This document shows positions 7,056 through 15,900 of a stretch of 16,061 bases of DNA, piece by piece (position 1 is the first letter of the stretch; every line of letters begins with the position of its first letter). The notes beneath the pieces are model-generated. The model saw nothing but the letters and a program-made list of their open reading frames with translations. It made no database searches and was not told where the DNA came from. Where the stretch lies: assembly GCA_042584585.1 (NCBI GenBank), contig JBHOSQ010000017.1:1-16061 (forward strand). The letters run 5' to 3'. A program made the translations under genes and the position numbers. The DNA comes from an archaeon (GTDB lineage Archaea; B1Sed10-29; WALL01).

Positions 7056-7189
7056 ACAGGAAAAGCGAGGCCTTGCTGAAGGAAGCGGCGGAAATACTGG
7101 ACGTTCCTGTGAATGACGTGCCAAAAGTAGTCAAGAATTTGCTTGACGAGTCCAACGAATTGGACGCGCTAATCACTCAACTAGAATAG
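7052..7189 (+). CDS. 45-aa protein homologous to the AlaRS helix-loop-helix dimerisation segment (not in the supplied ORF track)
   Basis: ATG 7052 overlaps the alaS TGA (ATGA); TAG at 7187-7189. Translation: MNRKSEALLKEAAEILDVPVNDVPKVVKNLLDESNELDALITQLE. Ungapped match to AlaS residues 742-782 (11/41 identical, including DVPK). Fills the whole alaS-leuS gap. Confidence 0.8.
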   Translation: MNRKSEALLKEAAEILDVPVNDVPKVVKNLLDESNELDALITQLE

Positions 7190-9923
7190 CCGGCTTGCCG
7201 GGGACAGAGTTCTTTGCTTTCGCTTGCTCGGACTTCGACGCAAGCACCACTTCTATTTTTGTATTGAACTTTTTGGACAAGTAATCCACCGCGCTCTTGA
7301 GTGCCGCTTTTTCTTCTGCCTCGCCCATTGCTTCGCCGAGCTCGTGGAACTTTTTCTGGAGATAGCCCGCGAATGCGGCGCCTTCTTTTGACTTTAATTC
7401 GGGCATCTTCATTAGCTCGGGCATCAGCGTTTTGCGGTCAAGGGCTTTTGCCTTCGCCATTGCCGCGCGCTTCCACTCCGGTGCGACAAACAAAGTTATT
7501 TTCTTGGGCTGGATTTTCGCGAGCTTGATTACTTGGGTGATGTCCTGCTCGACAGTGCGCGCCATTTCTTCGCCGAGCTCTGCCTTCGCGTCGATTTTTG
7601 TTTCGTCCGCGGCCGGGATCTCCTGCGTGGAAACAATTCCTTTGCCGCCAACCATTTCCCAGCACTCTTCCGCGACGAAGGGGGTAAAGGGTGTAAGGCA
7701 CTTGAGCCAATCCATGACCACGGCTTTTGCCGCGGAGCTGTTGCCGCCGCGCTTTTCGTACCACGCGAGCTCGCGCTGGAAATCGAAGAGCATTGTTCCG
7801 ACGGCGGTGCGCAAGTCGTATTTTTCCATTGCCTCTGTGTATTGCTTCAGCCGCGTGTTGAAGCGCGAGACGAGCCACGGGTCCATTGGGGACTTGGCTC
7901 CCTTGAACTCGGTGAACCTGTGCACAAGAGAATAAACGCCTTCTATGTGCGACTTGTACGAAAACGCCGTGTCCTCGTCCCACTCAACGTCGCTGTGTGG
8001 GGAGCCCACGTGCGCGTAGTACAGGCGCAATCCATCGACAGAGAAGCGCTTTGCCGCCTCTTGTGGGGACGCGCTTGCCCCTCCTTTGGACTTGGAGATT
8101 TTCCCACCCTTTCCGATTATCCAGTAATTGACGAAAATGCCTTTGGGCCACTTGTCCGCAGGCAGAATCGCGACGTGGTTCATGATGTAGACAGGGAAGT
8201 GCACTGTCTGGTGCTCTTTCCCGCCGAGGTTGATGTCCACGGGGTACCAGTAGTTGAATTCCTCGCGGATTTTTTTCCACACGGGGTTGCCGTCGCCCTT
8301 GCCGAGGAAAACAAAGTCAAAGAATTCTTCTGTCAAGTCATCGGCCTTTATCTCTCCGGAGTTCACGAAGCGCGACACCACGTAGAACGCTGGATACAAA
8401 GTGGAATCGGAAATGGGCTCGATGGTCCATTTCTCGTCAAACGGAAGCTTGGTGCCGAGCCAGTTGCCGAGCCTTGCACAGGCACGCTCCTGGAACCAGT
8501 CCAGCACACTTTCGATGTTTTCCTTGTACTGGTTGGGCATGATGGCCATGGTCCCGGCGTGGGCCTTGGCCTTTTGTGTTAAGCCCGAGTCGCTGTACTT
8601 GATGAACCACGCGTCCGGAATTAGTTTCACGACGACGTGCCCGCCGCATCGGCACACGACTTCTTCGCTCAAGTCGTACATAATGTCCGCCTTGCCTTCC
8701 GAGACGAGCCATTCCTTTACCTCGTCCTTGGCTTTTTCGACTGGCTTGCCTGCGTACTCGCCGCAGTTTTCGTTCATGACGCCGGTGTGGAAACCGCTTT
8801 TGTAAATCTCTTTTGTCGCGTCCTCTAGCCGCGGGTCGTTCTGGTCCTTGATTTTCATTTGCTCGCAGATTTTGAGTGCGGGCGTGTCGCCCCAGCCCTT
8901 GGACTTGATGATTGGGATTACTCTGATGTCCTTGTATTTCCCCGCTTTCTGCAAATCGTGTAACGCCATCCAGTCGTACGGCGCGTCGCTGGGAACGCTT
9001 GTCACGAGCCCGGTTCCGACGCCAGCGTCGACGAATTTGGACGGGAGGATTGGGACTTCGCGGTCGACGCCCGGTGCCAGTGCTGTTTTGTCGATTAGGT
9101 CCTTGCCCTTTATTTTTCCAACGACTTCGACGCCTTCTTTTTGGAATGACAATTTTTCGGCGCATTGCGGCGAGCAAATCCACGTCTCGTTGCCGACGCG
9201 GGCCTTGACGTATTCCTGGTCGGGGTCTGCCCACAGGTTTGTTTGGCCGAACACTGTTTCGGGCCGCAGTGTGGCGGCGACGATGTAGTCGTCACCGATT
9301 TTGAATTTTAGCAGTGTGTATTCGTGCTTTTCTGCGGTGCCGCCTTTGGAGATGTCGGTCTCGCTTGGGTCTACGGCGACGGGGCCGCAGTGGGGGCAGA
9401 AGGTGGCGTAGTATGGCTGCTGGATTAATAGGTTGTGCTCGTTGAGTTTTCTGAATTGCCATTGGATGAATTTTTGGTATTCAGGGTAAATTGTACAGGT
9501 AAAGGAGTTGAAGTCCGCGAGGAAGCCGAACCGCTTCCAGTTTTTCTGGTAGTTTTTGTTGAAGTAGTCGACGACGTAGTCCACGCTTTCCATTTTCTTT
9601 ATGTCTTTCATGGGAAAGCCGTTTGCTTCGAGGTATTCGAGCCAGTTCGCGTCTTTTTTCTTGACTTTGCTGGCGAACCCGAGCGCTTGGTTGCCGGTTG
9701 CGTGGGTGCCGACGGGGAAGAACACGGAGTGGCCGGTCATTCGCTTGTACCGGCAGATGATGTCTGTGTAGGAAAAGCCGCGCATGTGGCCCACGTGTTG
9801 GTATCCGCTGATGCCGGGGTAGGCGAAGTGCATGAAGAATTTGGGGCCGTTTTGCTTCGCTACTCCAAGGCCTTCCCACTTCTCGGGCCATTTCTTTTCC
9901 GCTGCAGCGTGGTCGTATCGCAT
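7173..9923 (-). CDS. leuS: Leucine--tRNA ligase, archaeal type
   Basis: HIGH motif as HVGH, KMSKS as KISKS, CP1 editing motifs ATLRPETVFG and GTGLVTSVPSDAPYD, CPHC and CRCG Zn sites, IEPISDSTLYPAF, and the archaeal C-terminus PGKPAILVE. Confidence 0.97.
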   Translation of the reverse strand: MRYDHAAAEKKWPEKWEGLGVAKQNGPKFFMHFAYPGISGYQHVGHMRGFSYTDIICRYKRMTGHSVFFPVGTHATGNQALGFASKVKKKDANWLEYLEANGFPMKDIKKMESVDYVVDYFNKNYQKNWKRFGFLADFNSFTCTIYPEYQKFIQWQFRKLNEHNLLIQQPYYATFCPHCGPVAVDPSETDISKGGTAEKHEYTLLKFKIGDDYIVAATLRPETVFGQTNLWADPDQEYVKARVGNETWICSPQCAEKLSFQKEGVEVVGKIKGKDLIDKTALAPGVDREVPILPSKFVDAGVGTGLVTSVPSDAPYDWMALHDLQKAGKYKDIRVIPIIKSKGWGDTPALKICEQMKIKDQNDPRLEDATKEIYKSGFHTGVMNENCGEYAGKPVEKAKDEVKEWLVSEGKADIMYDLSEEVVCRCGGHVVVKLIPDAWFIKYSDSGLTQKAKAHAGTMAIMPNQYKENIESVLDWFQERACARLGNWLGTKLPFDEKWTIEPISDSTLYPAFYVVSRFVNSGEIKADDLTEEFFDFVFLGKGDGNPVWKKIREEFNYWYPVDINLGGKEHQTVHFPVYIMNHVAILPADKWPKGIFVNYWIIGKGGKISKSKGGASASPQEAAKRFSVDGLRLYYAHVGSPHSDVEWDEDTAFSYKSHIEGVYSLVHRFTEFKGAKSPMDPWLVSRFNTRLKQYTEAMEKYDLRTAVGTMLFDFQRELAWYEKRGGNSSAAKAVVMDWLKCLTPFTPFVAEECWEMVGGKGIVSTQEIPAADETKIDAKAELGEEMARTVEQDITQVIKLAKIQPKKITLFVAPEWKRAAMAKAKALDRKTLMPELMKMPELKSKEGAAFAGYLQKKFHELGEAMGEAEEKAALKSAVDYLSKKFNTKIEVVLASKSEQAKAKNSVPGKPAILVE

Positions 9924-9946
9924 GGGCTCACTTTAATCGGGTTGGG

Positions 9947-9954
9947 TTGTATAA
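9947..9954 (-). promoter_or_regulatory. Probable TATA box for leuS
   Basis: Minus strand TTATACAA, 23 nt before ATG 9923, just after the giant ORF's stop codon. Confidence 0.45.
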
Positions 9955-9957
9955 GGG

Positions 9958-12900
9958 TTATTTCTTGGCTTTTTTCTTCTTAACCGTTCTAGACTTGGCG
10001 ACCTTCTTTTTGATGGGCTTGGCGGCTTTCTTTTTCGTTGGCTTAGCGACTTTCTTTTTGCGGGGCGTTTCCCCTTTTTGTTGCTGCATTTCTTGAGCCA
10101 GCTGTCTTTTTTGTTCCTCTAGCTTCTTGGGGTCTATATTACCAAAGAGCGGCTTCGGCTTCTTCTTGCCCCGGGTTTTCTTCCCGCCGCCTCCTATCAG
10201 TGCATCAAGCCCTTTCCCTTTCGTCGGCGTCTCGGGCTTTTTCTTGGGCTCTCCTTCGATTACTTCGAGAACCCTTGCCTGGAGCGGCTCTTCTTCGGCG
10301 GACTCTTCTTTGTCATAGAGCCTAACAAATTCGTCGGCGCGCCTTCTGTCGCGCCCGGTGAGGATTCCCTCGTAAAGCATTTCTTTGAAGTTTTGTATGA
10401 ACCCGGATTTGCCCTCCGCGTCTTCTGCGGCGTTCATCAGCTCCGGGAAGTGCGACTCTGCGAGCTCAGAGAGGTCAAAAGTCCTCTGGGTAGTATCCGG
10501 AGTCATGTCAGTGAGGTTCCAGCCCTTCAGTGCCAGCGCGAGGACAGCGGCGTCGCGCTGATGGCTTTGAACATTCCCATCCCGCACCCTCTCGAAAACA
10601 AGTCCTTCTAGGCTGGGGTCTTCATTGGGCTCTGCCCTGTTCAGCTTGTTGATTGCCTTGCTAGTCGTGATGCGTTCATCTCCTCCGGCCCCGGTGGATG
10701 CCTTTTCCCCGGTTTCCTCCTGCACCACCGTCGCTTCCTCGATTTCCATCTCGGCCTCGAGCTCCGCCTTCTTTTGCATCATCAGGCCCTGTGTCAGCGT
10801 GGGGAGCCTGGTCGCTTCAAGCTCTGCCTGCTGTTCGGCAGCCTCCCGCGTGTATTTTTGTTTTGCCATAAGGTCGTCCACCCTCCATCCAGCATACTCC
10901 TGGGCAGTCATCCCCTTGTACCTCAGCAATTCCTCGACCTTTTCAAGCGTCACGCCTTCCAGGCCCGGGGGGATTTGCTCATGGGCGCCATCCATAATTT
11001 CCTCAAGCGGGGGGCTGACGCGCTCAACCACTTCGGGATCATAAACCTCTTCTTCCTGCTCGCGCTGCTTCATCCGCTCTTGTCTCGCAAGGAATTGCTT
11101 GATCATTTCCTGCTCGTCTTTTATCTGCCTGGGCCTGACGTGCATATCGGACACCCCTGGCTCGGAGTGCCTTTCGCTTGTGTATTGCTGCAGGGTCATC
11201 CCCCCACGTTCTTTCAGCTTCTGCATGACGGCTGGGTCTGTTCCAGCGCGCTCGAATAATCCGTAGGTGTATTCCTCGGCCTTGTGGTAGTCCTTCTCGC
11301 CGAGGTACGCGCTCACGGTCTTGAAAGCATCGTTGAGGAGCGACCCCTCTTCAGCCGCAGGCGCGCCCTTCGCTACTAGGCGGGCGTACTGCAGGTCGTA
11401 CTCGTCGTCGGAAAGGCCTTCCACGAAGTCGGTGTTGCCAAGGTCGAATATATCATCGCGCGTGAAATTGATTTCACCGAGCCGGATGATTAGTTTCTCT
11501 AGCTTGTCTTTGTCTATTTCTTCGCGTGGCTTCGCCATTTCTTCCTCGTACGCCAACTTCACTTGCTCCAGGTTCATCGTGGGGTAGTCGGGCTCATCAA
11601 ACTTGGTGGCACGCAAGCCGCCCGGCCGCGCTTCGCGCTCCTCAATCTCTTGTTTGACTGTGTCCCGAATGCCCTCGAGTGAATGAAACTGCTCCTCCAA
11701 ACGCGCGTGATAGTCCTCGTCTTCCAGGTCAATCGATTCGTCTTTCCTGACGAACGGAAAACTCATGACGTTCTGCCCGATAACTTCGTCAAGCTTGGCC
11801 ACGTAGCCCTTCAGCTCGTTTATGTCCTCGATATCGCCCAGCTTCTCAGTGTCAATCGCCAGCAGCTCGTCCGTGTACTCGTTCAGCTTTTTTTCTTCTT
11901 CGTCTGACGTTATCTCGGAAGAAATATCCCCCTCGTCACCAAGTTCAAGGTCTTCTTCCCTGTCGCCCCACTCACCCTCGCCTTCTTCGACTGGAGTAGT
12001 GGCTGTTTCCTCGACACGAATGGCTGCGGGGGGCTGCGTTTCTTCCGTTTTGGTCTCGGGCTCGCCGGCCGGCTGTTCTGCCGCTCCGCCTTCCTCAAGC
12101 AGCCTATTCGTCATTTCCATATTCAGCCGCACAAACTCCTCTGAAGGCTTGTAATCCTCCCCCAACTCATCAAAACGCGCCTTCTCCGTGTTCGCGACCG
12201 CTATATACTCGTCCGAAACACCTACTTTGGTTAACTCCTTGGACTGATTGTCAAACTCTTCAGCACTTATCCCAAAGAATCCTTTTCGCAAGTCAATATC
12301 GAAGTACCCAACACGCGCGACTAAACTATGGCTCAAGGCCGGGTCCAAGGTGTACGGCTCTGCCTGCAAATCCTTGGCTTCAATGTCCCCGTCAATGATT
12401 TTCTTGACCACGTCTGGGTGCTCAATCATGAAAGCCGCTTCGGGCTGCACCTCTAGAATCGCTCCCCTCGAAGCGGGCGAAGGCGCTTCCTCCGCTTCTG
12501 CCTCAAGCCCCGGTTCCTCACCAGCTAGTTTCCTATTAGCTAATCTAAGAACCATATCCGCTTCTAGTCTGGTTAAACCGTATTGGCTCTGCAGGTTTTT
12601 CCCGTAGTCGATTATAGCTGTAGTGTACTTCCCACGCCCCTCTAGGGTATCCTCAAAGTCACTTTCTGAAGGAACCTTGTCGAGTTCATCCGGATGCGTC
12701 GACGAGAATTCCAGGGCTGTCTTAGCCGCATCAATCGACTCTGGGCTAGGTTCCGTTGGTAGTTTGGACTTGTCCCGCTTAAGCCCGTCCATGATAATCG
12801 ATTTCTTAGTGCCTTTTCGCTTAGTTACCCGATCAACACTTCGGTCAATGTCCGCCCCCATCTCATCTATTACTTCGAGTACTCCCCCGCCTTCTGCCTT

Positions 12901-15900
12901 CTCTTCGTCCATCTCGGCCTTGTGTTGTTCGTCGCGCTTGTTATACTCCTTGAGTAGCGCCTTCTGGATTTCGAATTTTTCACCCTCAATCATTTTCCTT
13001 TCGCGAAGGTCAGTGGCTTCTTCGAGCTCTGCCTCTTTCGCCGCAAGGAATTGCTCAAGCTCCTCAGCTTCTGTTGGCAGGACGTCCATTTCTGCCGGGC
13101 GCTCCCGCTCAACGCGCTCAGGCTCGGGAACCTCTTCTTCGGGCAGGGGTATGCCGTGAGCCTCGAAGACCTCGTCAATAATTTTCAGGCTGTTCGGGTA
13201 CTCTGGGTTTTCCGGAAACTGTGTGATAAGGCTAAGGGTCGACTCCCTTTCTAACTTGAGCACTTTCACATCCGTGTCCACCACCCTTTCGAGGTAGTTG
13301 CGGTACTGCTTTTGCTTATGCATTTCCTCAAGGTTCTTGATTCCGGTTGACATCAGTTCTTCAGCGCCGGGAATGCCCAATACCTCAGCTGCCCGGACTA
13401 GCCCCTCTTGGTTTCGTGTGATTTGCTCGATGACGCTTGCAAGCCGCTCAACGGGAACAGTCCCTAGCTTTTCGGGGGTCATGGAAAACCACGGCAAGAC
13501 TTTGGCTATGCCCTTGACCGCCTTCACTTCTTTTTTCTCTTGCGCGTCAGCAAAGTCGGTCTTGCCTTCGTAGTGGTCAGCAATTTCTTTGAGCTCCGCA
13601 ATCCGCTCCTTTTCATCGGCCGCGATTGCGTTCTGGATTTTTTTGGTGCGCCACTCCACGCTCCCAGGCTCATCATGGACAACGGCTTCGTCTCCAACCA
13701 TTCCCTCGAGCTCGCTGATTCTAGCGTCAAGCAATTCCTCGACGTTGGGAATGCCGGTCAATTTGCCGGTGTGGATGATTGCCCTGCGATTATCCTGCAA
13801 GCTCTTCAAGTATTCTTCCTGCATGTCTTCAGGGTGTTCCACGCCCTCGTAAAACGACTCGAGGGTGGGATACTCCACCAAAGCACGGGCAGTGTGATAC
13901 ACGCCTGTGATTTTGTCTATGGTGTTGTGCGTAAACGTAGAAAGTGAGTTAAACTCTGCTTGGTCGGACTCAAGCTGCTCCAGAACTTGGGGCGCCAGAG
14001 CCGCACGCGTCCGGTCTGTGTCTAGCATTAGGTCGGCATGTGAGCGCTTCTGCTCAAGCGCAAGAATGTCCACCAACGCTTCTTTTTGCTTTTTTGGGTC
14101 TCGCCCCCCCGCTAAGGCCAGACCCCTCTCGGCAACCCACTCGTCGTCAACCTCAGCCAAGTCAATGTCTTTTGCGAGAACACTGGCGCGAAGCGGGTCA
14201 GCCACTGGCGTCTCTGTTTTTCCCCCCTCTTCGTGTTTCTTAAGAGCGTCCTCGATTAAGGTTTTTAGGCTTGAGCGTTTTTTCGCGACGACCTTTAGTT
14301 CGTGCGACCCACAAACCTCGCACTCCTCTTCTTTCTCCACGATTTCCGTTCCAGCGGCTGCTTCTTCTAAGTATTCGCCGCAGTTGACGCACTCAGTCCT
14401 CACGAATTCCAGTTGGCGCGAGTCGTTGATTTCTTCTTTCAGCTGCTTGCGCATTAACGCGCTGTTCACAAGGATAGGCGTTTCTTCGTGAAGCTCTTTG
14501 GCCAAGGCGGTTGAGATGCCATGGTCTATTGCGGTTTGGTTTTCTTCAGAAAGCGCCGGTTCCCCGGCTTCCGCAGCAGGCGGTTCAACTGACGCGAGTC
14601 TTTTTTCTGTTTCAAGCAGCTCAGTCTTCGCCCTCAATTCTCGCCCAAACGCATCCATCCCTTGTGTCTGCAGCACTTCAATAAGGGGGTCCACGTCTTC
14701 AGGATTCAGTTCACCGTCGCTCGCCATCTCCAGAAGGATTGTCGTGTTTACATGGAGGTCCTGGAATGCTCTGGCGCCCTTCTCCTCGAATTCTTTCATC
14801 AGCATCCCGACATCCTTGGGCCGCAACTTATTCTCGTCCAAGTCCATTTTAATCGTGCGCCTTGCCGAATACAAGTCTTTGAACGCTATTTCCCCGTTTT
14901 CACTGAATTCTTCCAACAACAATTCGGCGTCCTCGGGTGCCAGCTCACCGTTAGCAACGGTCTCGTCCACCCATTCACGTGCCTTCTCCTCAGTAAATGG
15001 CTCGTCAACCAACGCGTCCTCCGACGGGAGCGACACCGGCTCTTTAATCAACACATCCGGCTTCGGGAAAACAGGGGGTTCTTCCCAGAAGTCCGAGTCC
15101 TCTGAGGGAAGCACTTCACCAACGTCTTCGTCTTTTTTCTCGGGCGTACCCGCGTTGTCACGGATTTTTTGGATTGTTTCCTGTGCCCGCCTCACGTACT
15201 CCTCGGGAATAGTCTCGCCTTCGCGCGTGGCAATTGCCTGCACGTCGACAACGTATTTCTCAAACTTGTCTGCAAACTCGATTGGGTTCTCCAGCCTCTT
15301 GGCGCCAGAAAGAAATTTGAGGGCCTTGTTCTCGTCAAAAGTCTCGAGTATGTCTGTTTCATAGACCTCAGGATTCTTGAAGTGCCAAACCCAGTTGCCC
15401 ATTACGGTAAGGGGTTCATTCCGATCCAACTGCATGGAGTTAATCCCACGAACTTTTTCGAACAAGTCTTTTACTTTTGGGTATTGTTCAAGAACTTCCT
15501 TCTTCTTTTTGTCTTCATCGACAGTCGGCTCCTTGAGGTCTCCAGCATAAGTAAACAAGAGGCCAACCGCTGGCGCCATCTCTAACTCCTCCAGCGACAG
15601 CTTATCAGCAGAAAGCACTTTGTCCACCAGCGCGTCAAACGCCCCAGTAAACTCCTCCAAGTCCACCTCGGCTTTTTGCTTTAGGTCAGGCCTGTTGAAC
15701 AATTCCGCGGCATCCACCACGTCAAGGAAAACCCGGAAACCCTCATTTTTCTTCGCCTGCGAATCAAAACTCTCTAATATCTCACTGAACGGGCGCACGA
15801 CATACTTCACGCTCTCCAGCTTGTCCTGAACCGACTTTTCCATGCTAGTTAATGCTTGGGAGTTATCTAGACTCCACTTGTTCTCAGTGGCTACTATGCT

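Noticed and set aside
7044-7058. Programmed -1 frameshift fusing alaS to the 45-aa ORF
   Set aside because: No X XXY YYZ slippery heptamer or stimulatory structure at CTGAAATGA; an ATGA start-stop overlap is the simpler explanation.
5451-7124. Long alternative ORFs over alaS (5451..6440 -, 6071..7006 +, 6224..6772 -, 6588..7124 -)
   Set aside because: Shadow frames of a GC3-rich conserved gene, with Arg/Gly-rich or motif-free translations.
7432-9983. Long alternative ORFs over leuS (e.g. 7533..8582 +, 8437..9234 -)
   Set aside because: Antisense or off-frame shadows fully explained by leuS codon bias.
13366-13395. RAAEVLGIPG in the giant protein resembling EAAEILDVP of the AlaRS mini-protein or an HTH motif
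   Set aside because: Generic helix-cap motif, too short to imply homology.
10127-15829. Ser/Phe/Leu-rich plus-strand ORFs (e.g. 14498..15364)
   Set aside because: Reverse-complement images of the Glu/Lys-rich giant ORF.
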